64,000 nt of DNA from an uncultured Bacilli bacterium (GTDB lineage Bacteria; Bacillota_I; Bacilli_A; RF39; UBA660): NCBI GenBank assembly GCA_947624955.1, contig CANQMM010000001.1, forward strand, positions 962-64,961, read 5' to 3'. The translations under genes and the position numbers were made by a program. Positions 50,495 through 60,586 of this stretch are shown one piece after another; position 1 is the stretch's first letter; each line of letters begins with the position of its first letter. The notes under the pieces were generated by a model. That model ran no database searches and was not told the origin of the DNA. It worked only from the letters and a program-made list of their open reading frames with translations.

Positions 50495-51850
50495 ATGTTA
50501 AATATTAAAATAGATTCTCGTAAGGTCTTACCGGGTGATACTTTTGTAGCTATTAAAGGAAAAACGGTCGATGGTCACGATTATATCGACCAAGCTATCG
50601 CTAATGGTGCTACTAAAATTATCGCTTCGCACGGGGAATATCCGGTGGAAACGATTATTACCGAAGATCCCGAAAAATATATTGATGATTATATTGTGCA
50701 AAACTATTCGCCACTTTTAGAAGATATGACGATTATTGGGGTTACCGGTACCAATGGTAAAACAACGACCTGTTATCTTACTTATCAAATGTTAAATGCT
50801 TTAGGTCGTAAAACTGCTTATATTGGGACGATTGGTTTTTACTTAGATAAATTTACTAGTGAATTACCAAATACCACCCCTAATTTAGTCGATTTATATG
50901 ACTTAATTTTAACAGCTCAAGACCAAGGTTATAACACCATCGTGATGGAAGTAAGTTCCCACGCGTTAGATTTAAAACGTGTTGCCGGTTTAACTTTTAA
51001 GGTAGCGGCCTTTACTAATTTAACCCAAGACCATCTTGATTATCACGGAACGATGGCTAACTACTTACAAGCTAAAAAGTTAATTTTAAACCAACTAAAA
51101 GGTCCAATGCTTGCTAATGCTGATGATGAATATGCCAAAGAATTTGTCACAAGTGATTATGCCACTTTTGGTTTTCAACCTTCGGACTATCACATCATCT
51201 CTTATGAAAATATCTCCACCGGGACTTTAATTCATCTCCAATATCAAGGTCGAGATTATGAAATTTCGACAAAGTTACGTGGGCGCTTTAATGTTCATAA
51301 CTTTATTACAATGCTAGCAATTACTAATAAGCTAGGTTATGATATCGAAGATATTATCGCTTTATCCACCAAAGTAATGCCTCCTAAAGGAAGATGTCAA
51401 ATTATTCCGGTAAAAGAAGGCGAAGCCGTTATCGATTATGCCCATACCCCGGATGCCGTCTTAAAAATTATCAATACTTTTAATGAACATAAACTAGGTC
51501 GCTTAATCACTCTTATCGGTTGTGGTGGTGACCGTGACCCTAAAAAACGTCCTATAATGGGCAATATTGCTAGTGAAAATAGTGATTACTGTATTTTTAC
51601 GAGTGATAATCCTCGTACCGAAGACCCCGCTAAAATAATGGATGATATTATTGCCGGCGTTAAAAAAGATAACTACGAAATCGAACTCGATCGTCGCCGC
51701 GCCATTGTTAAAGGTCTCGATATGTTAAAACCTAATGATGTTTTATTAATATTAGGTAAAGGCCACGAAGATTACCAAATTCTCGGTCACGAAAAAGTTC
51801 ATCTTGATGACTCTGAAGAAGTCGAAAAATATATTAGAAGTAGGTGTTAA
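50495..51850 (+). CDS. murE: UDP-N-acetylmuramoyl-L-alanyl-D-glutamate--2,6-diaminopimelate ligase MurE
   Basis: IDSRKVLPGDTFVAIKGKTVDGHDYI N-terminus; GTNGKTT P-loop; DNPR motif (meso-DAP specificity); start re-picked at ATG after aaggatgtgg. Confidence 0.85.
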   Translation: MLNIKIDSRKVLPGDTFVAIKGKTVDGHDYIDQAIANGATKIIASHGEYPVETIITEDPEKYIDDYIVQNYSPLLEDMTIIGVTGTNGKTTTCYLTYQMLNALGRKTAYIGTIGFYLDKFTSELPNTTPNLVDLYDLILTAQDQGYNTIVMEVSSHALDLKRVAGLTFKVAAFTNLTQDHLDYHGTMANYLQAKKLILNQLKGPMLANADDEYAKEFVTSDYATFGFQPSDYHIISYENISTGTLIHLQYQGRDYEISTKLRGRFNVHNFITMLAITNKLGYDIEDIIALSTKVMPPKGRCQIIPVKEGEAVIDYAHTPDAVLKIINTFNEHKLGRLITLIGCGGDRDPKKRPIMGNIASENSDYCIFTSDNPRTEDPAKIMDDIIAGVKKDNYEIELDRRRAIVKGLDMLKPNDVLLILGKGHEDYQILGHEKVHLDDSEEVEKYIRSRC

Positions 51851-51851
51851 A

Positions 51852-52448
51852 ATGAAAAAAATAAAAGAAAAGAAAATAAAAAATGCTTTCCTTATCAGTT
51901 TAGCTGTCTTTGTTCTAATCGTTATCCTAGCAATCATTACGATTTTTATCGTTCAAGATGGTGGCTCTGTTAAATTAGTAGCTGATGAAGAATACCAAAA
52001 CTTACAATCTATTACCATCGATGCTCACAAAACGGACATTACCGTCCAACGTAGTGCTAGTGACAAAGTTTATCTAGAGATTAAATCTCGCCAAAAAGAT
52101 AACTATCAAATAACTAACGATAATGACAATTTAAAAGTAACTTTCTCTTCTTCCTTATGTTTACTCGGTTGTCATCTTGACGAAGAAGTAATCCTTTATC
52201 TACCAGATAATTATCAGAATAACTTATATTTATCTACAACTAGTGGTGATATTGAAACTATTTACTTAAATACTAATGCTTCATTAATTACTACTAGTGG
52301 TGATGTCGATGTCCATTTGGCCATTAAAGATTTTGAAATTAAAACTAATACTAAACGTGGTGAAATCGATTTAAGTCGCAAAAGCATTAAAGGTGCTAAC
52401 AACATTGTGGACATCACAACGACTAGTGGAGATATCGACGTCGAATAA
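51852..52448 (+). CDS. DUF4097-like beta-helix repeat protein with TM anchor (second copy in window)
   Basis: Start at ATG after AGGTG, 1 nt after murE stop; repeats TTSGDIETIYL / TTSGDVDVHLAI / TTTSGDIDVE. Confidence 0.5.
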   Translation: MKKIKEKKIKNAFLISLAVFVLIVILAIITIFIVQDGGSVKLVADEEYQNLQSITIDAHKTDITVQRSASDKVYLEIKSRQKDNYQITNDNDNLKVTFSSSLCLLGCHLDEEVILYLPDNYQNNLYLSTTSGDIETIYLNTNASLITTSGDVDVHLAIKDFEIKTNTKRGEIDLSRKSIKGANNIVDITTTSGDIDVE

Positions 52449-52464
52449 TTAAGGAGTTAAGCGC

Positions 52465-53340
52465 ATGAAAACGGAAAAAAATATTTTTATTGCCTTTTTA
52501 TTAAATGTCTTTTTCTCTCTCTTTGAAATTATCGGCGGTCTCTTCACTCATAGTATCTCGATTATTTCTGATGCTATTCACGATTTAGGTGATGCCTTAA
52601 GCATCGGCATTTCTTATTTTTTAGAACGTAAGTCCCGAAAGAAACCGGACCAAATATATACTTATGGCTATATTCGTTACTCCGTCTTAGGAGCATTCAT
52701 CACTAGTACGATATTAGTGGTTGGTTCTATCTTAGTTATCATTGGTTCGATATCCCGATTTATTAATCCGGTAACCGTTAATTATAATGGGATGATTATT
52801 TTAGCTTTAATCGGCGTTGTCGTTAATACTTTAGCCGCTTACTTTACTAAAGAAGGGGATTCTCTAAATCAAAAGTCTGTAAATCTCCATATGTTAGAAG
52901 ATGTCCTAAATTGGGTTATCGTCCTAATTGGATCTATCCTAATGCGTTTTACCGATATCTCTTTAATCGATAGTATTATGAGTTTAGGTGTCGCTATCTT
53001 TATCCTAGTAAATGCCTTTAAAGCAATGCAGAAAGTTCTTGATTTATTCTTAGAAAAATCTAGTATTGCTACTGATACCATAGTTGCCCAATTAAAACCG
53101 CTATCCGGTATTACCGATATCCATCATATTCATATTTGGAGTATCGATGGTGTTAATAACTACGCAACTATGCACATCGTTAGTGACAGTAAAAATATTA
53201 CCAAGTTAAAACAAGCTGTCAGAAAAGAATTAGAAAAATTTCACATTGTTCACGTAACCATTGAAATAGAATCGAGTAAAGATTCTTGCCAAGAAACGGC
53301 TTGCCATATCGAGCCGGTTACTGAACACCATCATCATTAA
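52465..53340 (+). CDS. czcD: Cation diffusion facilitator family transporter (CzcD-like) with His-rich C-terminus
   Basis: 6 TM; CDF signature HxxxD in TM2/TM5 (SDAIHDLGDA, HMLEDVLN); C-terminal TEHHHH. Confidence 0.8.
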   Translation: MKTEKNIFIAFLLNVFFSLFEIIGGLFTHSISIISDAIHDLGDALSIGISYFLERKSRKKPDQIYTYGYIRYSVLGAFITSTILVVGSILVIIGSISRFINPVTVNYNGMIILALIGVVVNTLAAYFTKEGDSLNQKSVNLHMLEDVLNWVIVLIGSILMRFTDISLIDSIMSLGVAIFILVNAFKAMQKVLDLFLEKSSIATDTIVAQLKPLSGITDIHHIHIWSIDGVNNYATMHIVSDSKNITKLKQAVRKELEKFHIVHVTIEIESSKDSCQETACHIEPVTEHHHH

Positions 53341-53357
53341 TCCTAGGAGGTGATAAT

Positions 53358-53576
53358 ATGCTAATAACTTTAAATATTGAAGGAATGCACTGTACGGGTT
53401 GCCAAAATCGTATTCAAAATGCCCTTAGTAATCAACCAACTATTAAAAATTTACAAGTATCTTTAGAAAATCATCAAGCTACATTCGAACTTACTGATGA
53501 GGGTTCTCTAGATAGTATAGTTGAATTATTAACGGACTTAGGATTTACGGTTACGGACATTCAAAAAGGTAGTTAA
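53358..53576 (+). CDS. copZ: Heavy-metal-associated (HMA) domain metallochaperone, CopZ-like
   Basis: GMHCTGCQNRI metal-binding CxxC in HMA fold; 72 aa; RBS aggaggtga. Confidence 0.75.
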   Translation: MLITLNIEGMHCTGCQNRIQNALSNQPTIKNLQVSLENHQATFELTDEGSLDSIVELLTDLGFTVTDIQKGS

Positions 53577-54235
53577 CTAACTACCTTTTCACATTTTTGC
53601 GTTTGATCATTAAAAGAAGCTCCATCTTGACAAATATTATTAACCATACTCTCTACATACTTAACGCAAATGCCATTTTTTAAAGTATATCCTTCTTCGC
53701 AAACTTCTTTTTTATATACGTTGCCAACTTTTTGGCATCCTCCATCTATTTGGCGATAACCATTAGGGCAAGCCTTAATGTTTTTTAAACTGTCTTGCCA
53801 ATTGATGACCTCGACACAATTGGCATCTTTACATACCGTATAATCACACATTCCGGTATTACTATTATATTTTATTTTAACTTGAGCTTCAGCGCTTGTT
53901 TGCACTTGCGTTCTTACATCTTCTTCGGTTAAGCAAGCTTTAACTACTTGTAATTTGCCTAAGATATTACTATAACATTTATTGCCTTCTTTAGTATAAC
54001 CCTCACTACAAGTAAGCACGGTCTCACTATCTTTTTGGATGGCTTTAACGCATTTTCTTTGTGAAGGACTTAAAGTATATCCTTCTTCACAAACTTTTTC
54101 GGCGTTCGAAGCGATTATCTGCTCACAAACCCCATCGACAATTTTACCATATTCGCAACTTAATGCTTTGGTACTAGTAAAAGAACTAACCACTATTGCT
54201 AACAGCGCAATATATGGAATCTTCTTCAATTTCAT
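53573..54235 (-). CDS. Secreted Cys-rich repeat protein (four C(E/P)(E/N)GY(T/R)...C modules), hypothetical
   Basis: Signal peptide MKLKKIPYIALLAIVVSSFTSTKA; 24 Cys; repeated CEEGYTL / CSEGYTK / CPNGYRQ; 4-nt overlap with copZ-like stop on opposite strand. Confidence 0.5.
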   Translation of the reverse strand: MKLKKIPYIALLAIVVSSFTSTKALSCEYGKIVDGVCEQIIASNAEKVCEEGYTLSPSQRKCVKAIQKDSETVLTCSEGYTKEGNKCYSNILGKLQVVKACLTEEDVRTQVQTSAEAQVKIKYNSNTGMCDYTVCKDANCVEVINWQDSLKNIKACPNGYRQIDGGCQKVGNVYKKEVCEEGYTLKNGICVKYVESMVNNICQDGASFNDQTQKCEKVVS

Positions 54236-54408
54236 ATATACAACCCCCTGAAATTGCCTTCTATCCTACCACAAAATCGTCTAAAAGTCAACTAATACCA
54301 TCTAGCGGGGCATTTTAAGCTCCATTTAATGTCTACTAATGTCTATTAGAATGCGAAAATATCGCCATTTTTCCTTATCTATCATATAATTTTCTTAAGG
54401 AGATTGTT

Positions 54409-55254
54409 ATGATAAAATTTACCAAAATGCAAGGTTTAGGCAATGACTATGTCTATATTGATGCTACTAAAGAAATGCCCGCAAATCCTAGTAAGTTAGC
54501 CCAAAACGTCAGTAATCGCCATTTCGGTATCGGGTCGGATGGCTTAATCTTGATATGTCCTAGCAACGTAGCGGATTTTCAAATGAAAATGTATAATCCC
54601 GATGGTAGTGAAGCCGAGATGTGCGGTAACGGCATCCGGTGTGTTGGCAAATTTGTCTATGATAAACATCTGACTAATAAAACTACCTTAACTATTGAAA
54701 CCCTCGCCGGAATTAAGGAGTTAGAATTGTTTTTAAAAGATAATCAAGTAGATAGAGTGCAAGTTGATATGGGATTACCCATTTTCGAAGCAACTCAAAT
54801 CCCGGTTGTATCTAAAGAATCGCCGGTACTTAATTTAAATTTAATGGTCGAAGATCGCGACTTTACCTTTACTTGTGTTTCTATGGGCAATCCCCACGCT
54901 ATCACCGTTGTTCAAGATGTCGAGAGTTTTCCTGTTGAAAAGTATGGCCCAATAATTGAAACGCATCATTTCTTCCCCAATAAAGTCAATGTCGAATTTA
55001 TTGAAATTCTCGATCGCCACAATATTAAAATGCGCGTTTGGGAACGGGGTACGGGTGAAACGATGGCTTGTGGTACGGGCGCTTGTGCTGTAGCTGTTGC
55101 TGCTATTTTAAATAATTTAACGGAACGCCAAGTCAGCGTTCATCTTCCGGGTGGCATCTTGCAGATAGAATGGAATGCCAAAGATAACCACGTTTATCTA
55201 ACCGGTCAAGCTACTACGGTCTTTGAAGGCCAATTAATAGAAAGTAAAGAGTAG
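54409..55254 (+). CDS. dapF: Diaminopimelate epimerase DapF
   Basis: [19 protein letters not shown]-terminus; catalytic Cys motifs [13 protein letters not shown] and [14 protein letters not shown]. Confidence 0.9.
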   Translation: MIKFTKMQGLGNDYVYIDATKEMPANPSKLAQNVSNRHFGIGSDGLILICPSNVADFQMKMYNPDGSEAEMCGNGIRCVGKFVYDKHLTNKTTLTIETLAGIKELELFLKDNQVDRVQVDMGLPIFEATQIPVVSKESPVLNLNLMVEDRDFTFTCVSMGNPHAITVVQDVESFPVEKYGPIIETHHFFPNKVNVEFIEILDRHNIKMRVWERGTGETMACGTGACAVAVAAILNNLTERQVSVHLPGGILQIEWNAKDNHVYLTGQATTVFEGQLIESKE

Positions 55255-55262
55255 GTGATTTA

Positions 55263-55925
55263 ATGCAAAATATCGATTTATTTCCTAGTCAAAGAACTAT
55301 AGCTAAGGAGTTATTAACTTTTTATACTTATCCTTATGAAGTTATTCTAAATATTAATCGGTTTATTATGGAAAAAGGTCCGCAATTGGGACCCCAATAC
55401 CAAGAAATTGAAAAAGATATTTGGGTACACGAAAGTGCTTATATCGCCGATAGTGCCTACTTGCTTCCTCCTTGTATCATTGATGAAGGCGCATCTATCT
55501 TACATAATGCTTTTATCAAAGGCAATGTCATAGTTGGCAAAAATTGTGTGATTGGCAACGCTAGTGAAATAAAGAATTCCCTTCTTTGTGATAGTGCTGT
55601 CGTTCCTCATTTTAATTATGTTGGCGATTCGATTTTAGGTTATAAAGCGCATATGGGTGCGGGCAGTATTACTTCAAATTTAAAAAGTGACCGTTCTTCC
55701 GTCACTATTCATACTAATCCGCCAATTCATACTAATTTGCAAAAAGTCGGGGCTTTTCTCGGTGATAATGTCGAGGTAGGTTGCAATGCCGTCTTAGCTC
55801 CCGGTAGTTGTATAGGACCTAACACTACTATCTATCCTTTAATCTTTGTAAGAGGCATCATCCCGGCTAATTCCCTTATGAAAAGTCCTGATAAAATAGT
55901 TAGTAAGCAGTTGCCTTCTATTTAA
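55263..55925 (+). CDS. Left-handed beta-helix (hexapeptide-repeat) acyltransferase-like protein
   Basis: Hexapeptide repeats IIDEGASILHNAFIKGNVIVGKNCVIGNASEI; immediately downstream of dapF. Confidence 0.5.
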   Translation: MQNIDLFPSQRTIAKELLTFYTYPYEVILNINRFIMEKGPQLGPQYQEIEKDIWVHESAYIADSAYLLPPCIIDEGASILHNAFIKGNVIVGKNCVIGNASEIKNSLLCDSAVVPHFNYVGDSILGYKAHMGAGSITSNLKSDRSSVTIHTNPPIHTNLQKVGAFLGDNVEVGCNAVLAPGSCIGPNTTIYPLIFVRGIIPANSLMKSPDKIVSKQLPSI

Positions 55926-56429
55926 TTATTTATCTGTAATCTCTTTTAACTGACTAAATTCCTTTACTAACTCTAACATAATCCCTTTTTTACAATTCGC
56001 CGGTGAAGTACTAGGTAGATAAATCGCTTCTATTCCAATCTTGGGATAAATATATTTATCATATAAACTCTTCGCTTTTCTTCCCAAAGTATAAATCTTT
56101 TCTATCTGACTATTTTTTAAGATGGGTTTTAAATTATTGGGAACTATATTTTTAATTGAACTATCACTTGAACCACATATTTCACAACTTTTTATGACAT
56201 CATATAAGGCAATATGATGTTTTTTTAAAAATGCCATTTTCCCCGGAATATCTTCCGGTATATCTTCTTGATAGACGATACTTAAAACTTGCCAAAAGTT
56301 ATTCATTTTATGGCCATAGTAAAATCCTACCTCTCGGGACTTGATCGAAGGCATACTTCCTAATAATAGCACTTTCGATTCGTCATCATATATTGGTGGT
56401 AATGTATGTTTAACTATTTTAGATTTCAT
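55926..56429 (-). CDS. UDG-superfamily DNA glycosylase, hypoxanthine/deoxyinosine-DNA glycosylase-like (family 6-like)
   Basis: LLLGSMPSIKSREVGFYYGHKMNNFW motif region typical of this family; start re-picked at internal ATG (track ORF extends to 56495 into neighbouring gene). Confidence 0.55.
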   Translation of the reverse strand: MKSKIVKHTLPPIYDDESKVLLLGSMPSIKSREVGFYYGHKMNNFWQVLSIVYQEDIPEDIPGKMAFLKKHHIALYDVIKSCEICGSSDSSIKNIVPNNLKPILKNSQIEKIYTLGRKAKSLYDKYIYPKIGIEAIYLPSTSPANCKKGIMLELVKEFSQLKEITDK

Positions 56430-57318
56430 GATTTTTAATCTTCTCAACAATGCCGTAAACCATCGAAATTCGCGTTGGAATAATATATTTAACATTTAAA
56501 ATATCTACTAATGACTTAACACATAAACGCATTCCTCTAGCACCACGCCACCAACCTTCGTTATGAGTTCTTTCACAAACCTCATCTAAATTAATTTCAT
56601 AAAAGAACTTTTTATCTAAGAAATCCATCGTCTCTACATCTAAACAATAAGGTTGTAAACTACTTTCATAAAACTTATTACTTTCTACCGGATACTCTAA
56701 CTCTTCATAAAAATAGATATAATCACCACCGGCTAGGATTAGTAAATCAGCTTTATTTTGTGGCGCACTTATCAACTCCTTCGTTTTAGCAAGCATTTCA
56801 TCGTAAGGAGTTTTGGCATAAGTTCCCCGAATATCCGGAAACATATCCGACGTATCCATCGCGCCAAAAGGATAATTTTTCTTTTCGATGATTTTTTTAT
56901 TTTCGACAATCGCTAGTTCCGTTGAACCACCGCCACCAATCATTACCGCCATCTTCCCCGGATAATCTGTCTCAGCTATTGCGCCATAAACTGTCAGTTC
57001 ATTTTCTTCATCACTCGATACAATTCGAAAATCTAAATTAGTAGCTTCTTTAAATTCTTTTAACCATTGTTCTTTCTGTTCTATAGTTAAATTTCTAAAT
57101 ATACTCGTTCCAAAAACATAGATATCTTCACAATCAATACCTTTAATAAAATCATATAATTCTTGCTTATCTTCCTCGCTAATCTCTCCTTGAACCTTAT
57201 AATGATTTTTAAATTCAATTGTTCTAAAGCCTAAATCCAAAACCTCATTATTTTCATATAAATATCCTTTAGTATTAGTACTCCCAATTTCCACTATGGC
57301 AAATCTTAGCTTTTCCAT
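56419..57318 (-). CDS. Ppx/GppA-family phosphatase (ASKHA fold), N-terminal catalytic domains only
   Basis: FAIVEIGSTNTKG, VFGTSIFRN, FRIVSSDEENELTVYGAI, MAVMIGGGGSTELAIVEN align with the Ppx/GppA phosphate-1/2 and adenosine motifs. Confidence 0.65.
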   Translation of the reverse strand: MEKLRFAIVEIGSTNTKGYLYENNEVLDLGFRTIEFKNHYKVQGEISEEDKQELYDFIKGIDCEDIYVFGTSIFRNLTIEQKEQWLKEFKEATNLDFRIVSSDEENELTVYGAIAETDYPGKMAVMIGGGGSTELAIVENKKIIEKKNYPFGAMDTSDMFPDIRGTYAKTPYDEMLAKTKELISAPQNKADLLILAGGDYIYFYEELEYPVESNKFYESSLQPYCLDVETMDFLDKKFFYEINLDEVCERTHNEGWWRGARGMRLCVKSLVDILNVKYIIPTRISMVYGIVEKIKNHEI

Positions 57319-57359
57319 ATTATCACCTCTAACATAACTATAACATAAAAATCTCTTAC

Positions 57360-57388
57360 TTGCTAAATAATTAACTTTTATCTATAAT
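57360..57388 (+). promoter_or_regulatory. Sigma-A promoter TTGCTA-17-TATAAT for the WYL operon; direct repeats AACATAA at 57331..57337 and 57342..57348 just upstream
   Basis: Hexamers and 17-nt spacing seen in sequence; repeats spaced 11 bp (one helical turn). Confidence 0.4.
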
Positions 57389-57408
57389 ATCTTTCAGGAT
57401 GTGATAGT

Positions 57409-57882
57409 ATGTCGAAAATTAGTAACGTTCTAACGATGCTCCAATATTTAAGTACCGGTCGAAAGTACAGTATCCAAGAATTATCTAATCTCTTAGAGGT
57501 ATCTCCAAGAATGATTAGAGTTTATAAAGACGAGTTAGAAAAAGCCGGAATTTATCTCGAAACTATCAAAGGTCCATATGGCGGGTATGTCTTAAACCAA
57601 AATATTAATCTTCCCGCAAGATTTATCACCCATAATCCCCTTAAATTACCCAATAAAGAAATCTATAATAAAATAAATTATGCTATCAAAAACCATCAAA
57701 AACTCTTTATTGAATATTATTCTCAAGATTTAAAATCAACTACGCAAAGAACTATCGTCCCCTATGAACTAATTTTACTAGGTCAAGATTGGGGCGTAGC
57801 TGCTTATTGTGAATTAAGAGAAGAAGTCCGCAATTTTTATCTCCAACGCATTAAAAATATAAAAATTGTTTCCAAAAAATAA
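57409..57882 (+). CDS. Short WYL-domain transcriptional regulator (HTH_11 + WYL, YafY/BrxR/CapW-type without WCX extension)
   Basis: N-terminal HTH VLTMLQYLSTGRKYSIQELSNLLEVSPRMIRVYKDELEKAGIYLETIKGPYGGYVL; C-terminal WYL pattern LFIEYYS...QRTIVPYELILLGQDWGVAAYCELREEVRNFYLQRIKNIKIV. Confidence 0.7.
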   Translation: MSKISNVLTMLQYLSTGRKYSIQELSNLLEVSPRMIRVYKDELEKAGIYLETIKGPYGGYVLNQNINLPARFITHNPLKLPNKEIYNKINYAIKNHQKLFIEYYSQDLKSTTQRTIVPYELILLGQDWGVAAYCELREEVRNFYLQRIKNIKIVSKK

Positions 57883-57942
57883 TAATGTGACATATATATT
57901 TCCTCATCTTATGTTATCTTAAACCTAGAAAGGAAGTATAAT

Positions 57943-58950
57943 ATGCAACATCATACAAGCGAATCGAGTACCATCAATTTTAATAATTTATTAGATCGTC
58001 TATTATCGATAAATGACCCTCAAAACGCCAATTTAAAATCATTGATTAATAAACTGTGGCCGAAGATTATGCAAGAAAATAAACCTACTATCATTATGGC
58101 TACCGGCGGTTCTAAAGTGCCGGCAACCTTTTTAAAACAAATTTTAGAAAGTAGGGGAGTAATTGCTGAGGTGATCGAGCCTCGTGATTATTTTTATAAA
58201 TCTAACATTTCTGCCTTCCAAAGATTAATGGTTATCTCTAGTAGTGGAAAAACCAATGGTATAGAATTTTCTCTATCAACTTTTCCCGGCGAAAAAATCC
58301 TTATAACGAGTAATCGCGAAGGTACTTATAAATGGGCTAGCGCCGAATACTTAAAAAATCTGGAAAAAAGTTTTGTCGCTCTTACTCCTTCCTTAGCTCC
58401 CATTCTTGCCTTCATTGCTATTGCCCTATATAATCCTGAACAAGATTTAGATGAATTATTATTAACTCTTAAAGAAAAAGTAAAATATCTTTTAAATAAA
58501 GCCCAAAATATCATTGAAGCAATTATATTGCCTGATTTTTCCAATATCGAAATAATATCTGGTTATGATACAGCAACAGCCCATACGATTTTAGAATCTA
58601 ATCTTGTAGAAAGTGGTACGTGTTCCGTTGTTATCCACGATAAGGGTTCCTTCTGTCACGGACGCAGCAACCTTGTATATCAAAACCATAACTTTTTAAT
58701 CCATCTTGCCCACAACTATAATTACTTTGATAATTTATTACTTGCTACCTTACAAGCCAACTATCCGCAAATCCTTTCCTTCCACACGCAATCAGTTTCT
58801 GAAAATTCCCTCCTTAAAGATCTATACTTGTCTTTTCAAATGTATTATTTATCCCAAAAATTAGCTGCTGCCAAAGGCATTGATCTTACTTGCCCGGATT
58901 ATAATCCCGATGTCGTAGTAAAATTATATACTTATAAAGGAGAAATGTAA
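57943..58950 (+). CDS. Double-SIS-domain sugar-phosphate isomerase/deaminase-like protein (GlmS C-terminal / AgaS / FrlB type)
   Basis: SIS signature TIIMATGGSKVPATFLKQI...MVISSSGKTNG; second half with FCHGRSN (HGP-like) and C-terminal LSQKLAAAKGIDLTCPDYNPDVVVKL resembling GlmS-type SIS C-terminus. Confidence 0.55.
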   Translation: MQHHTSESSTINFNNLLDRLLSINDPQNANLKSLINKLWPKIMQENKPTIIMATGGSKVPATFLKQILESRGVIAEVIEPRDYFYKSNISAFQRLMVISSSGKTNGIEFSLSTFPGEKILITSNREGTYKWASAEYLKNLEKSFVALTPSLAPILAFIAIALYNPEQDLDELLLTLKEKVKYLLNKAQNIIEAIILPDFSNIEIISGYDTATAHTILESNLVESGTCSVVIHDKGSFCHGRSNLVYQNHNFLIHLAHNYNYFDNLLLATLQANYPQILSFHTQSVSENSLLKDLYLSFQMYYLSQKLAAAKGIDLTCPDYNPDVVVKLYTYKGEM

Positions 58951-58951
58951 T

Positions 58952-59572
58952 ATGGAATTATATTTTGTTAGTGGTAACCCTAGTAAGGTTCAATCAACTA
59001 TTAGAAAATTTGCTAAATTAAATATTGAAGTCAAGCCCTTTGTTTATGATGCTAAAGAGTTAGATGTTAATGATATCGAAGCGATTTCGAAAGATAAAGT
59101 ATTGCAAGCTTATGCTCAATTACAAGCCCCTTGCTTTGTTTCCGATTCCGGTTTTTATATCCATCATTATCCGCATCATCCCAATTATCCCGGAGCATTT
59201 GCTAAACGTAGTGGTATCAGTAACGATATCGGTTCATTACTTAAAACTATGGAAGGAGTAAGCGACCGTAGTTGTGAATTTAAAGACTGTTTAACTTTTT
59301 ACGATGGTGTTAATTTTTATCACTTTTATGGCATAAGTAAAGGAACTTTAGCTACCTCTATTAGAGAGCAGAATACCCCAATTATTGCCTCCAATTTATG
59401 GCGGATTTTCATTCCCGATAATTGTGAGAAAACCCTTTCGGAAATGACTGATGAAGAAAGAGATCATCGTCCCGATAATCGTACTTCCGCAACTGCCCTT
59501 TTTGCCGATTGGTATTTAAATACTTATCTTCAAGAAAAAGCCCCAAGCTTGCAGTATCCCCCTTACAAATAA
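58952..59572 (+). CDS. Ham1/ITPase-family non-canonical NTP pyrophosphatase-like protein
   Basis: N-terminal LYFVSGNPSK (cf. RdgB ATGNxGK); SDSGFYI; PNYPGAFAKRSG (cf. GxPGxYSARxAG); C-terminal EERDHRPDNRTSATAL (cf. EKNxxSHRGKAL); 206 aa. Confidence 0.6.
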   Translation: MELYFVSGNPSKVQSTIRKFAKLNIEVKPFVYDAKELDVNDIEAISKDKVLQAYAQLQAPCFVSDSGFYIHHYPHHPNYPGAFAKRSGISNDIGSLLKTMEGVSDRSCEFKDCLTFYDGVNFYHFYGISKGTLATSIREQNTPIIASNLWRIFIPDNCEKTLSEMTDEERDHRPDNRTSATALFADWYLNTYLQEKAPSLQYPPYK

Positions 59573-59638
59573 TAATTTTTATGTTATTATTAATATAGGT
59601 AATATTAAAAGATCGACCTAATATAGGAGGCAACCATT

Positions 59639-60574
59639 ATGAATAACTATCAAAAACAAATACTTAGTAGTTGTCAATTTGTTTGTGATAACGCCACGCA
59701 CGTGAAGATTGATGAACAAGCTATCAAGGATTTTATTACTAACCATCCACATCTTTCTTCTTCCCATTGGCTTAGTTCTAATCCTTATGGTTTAACCGAT
59801 TTAAATAATCGTGATTTATATAACTTTTTACTTTTAAATGGTTCAATATGTTGCTTATTTTGGGGCGACCCTAAATGGACTTTAACTACTGCAAGTGGCT
59901 CTATCGATGGTGCTTTTGCCCAAATATATGGCCTTATGGAGATCTATAAAGCCAAAGGACATCTCGATTTTACTCAAATAACCTTTTCTGAATATCAAAA
60001 GTTTATGCGAGGAAATGTGGATATTCCGATGTTAGAAGAGCGCTATCAAATTCTTCATAATGTCAGTGCCACTTTAAATACTAAAATGCAGGGTAACTTT
60101 TATGATTTTATCAAAGATGTTACTACTGATACTGAATTAATGGAAATCATCATTAGTAATTTCCCTAGTTTTCAAGATACTCGCGAATATCAAGGTCATA
60201 CCATTCACTTTTATAAACTTGCGGAATTATTGACTAGTGACATCTTACATATCCGAGCTCTTAAAGAAAATATTGCTACCGATTGTACACACTTGACCGC
60301 TTGTGCCGATTATAAAATTCCCCAAGTTTTACGTGGGTTAGGTATTATCACTTATGATGAAGAATTAGCTCATTTAGTAGATAATCGAATGCTAATCCCC
60401 GAAAATAGTCCTTACGAAGTAGAAATAAGAGCTAGTGAAATTATTGCTATTCAGAAGATTAGTGAAATATTAAATCTTCCCGCCATCACGGTTAATGATG
60501 CCGTTTGGCTTTTAGGTCAAGATAAATCCATAAAATTAAAACCATATCATTTAACTAAGACAATGTCTTATTAG
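59639..60574 (+). CDS. Qng1/DUF2419-family protein (queuosine-5'-phosphate N-glycosylase/hydrolase family; C9orf64 homolog)
   Basis: Matches recalled C9orf64/Qng1 features: SCQFVCDNATHVKIDEQAIKDF (cf. SAQFIAE..DVFID), MLEERYQILHN, FPSFQDTREYQGHTIHFYKLAELL (cf. FPSYRD...KRVSFYKRAQIL), CADYKIPQVLRGLG (cf. FADYRLPQVLAHLG), EVEIR. Confidence 0.65.
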   Translation: MNNYQKQILSSCQFVCDNATHVKIDEQAIKDFITNHPHLSSSHWLSSNPYGLTDLNNRDLYNFLLLNGSICCLFWGDPKWTLTTASGSIDGAFAQIYGLMEIYKAKGHLDFTQITFSEYQKFMRGNVDIPMLEERYQILHNVSATLNTKMQGNFYDFIKDVTTDTELMEIIISNFPSFQDTREYQGHTIHFYKLAELLTSDILHIRALKENIATDCTHLTACADYKIPQVLRGLGIITYDEELAHLVDNRMLIPENSPYEVEIRASEIIAIQKISEILNLPAITVNDAVWLLGQDKSIKLKPYHLTKTMSY

Positions 60575-60586
60575 AAAGGAATACTT

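Noticed and set aside
57409-57882. Alternative reading of the 157-aa regulator as a BirA/DeoR-type HTH-only protein
   Set aside because: The C-terminal half shows the characteristic WYL pattern (R-x-V-x-P..L......WYL-like DWGVAAYC....FRL-like FYLQRI). HTH_11 + WYL (YafY-like) is the better fit, and a short WYL regulator is the preferred call.
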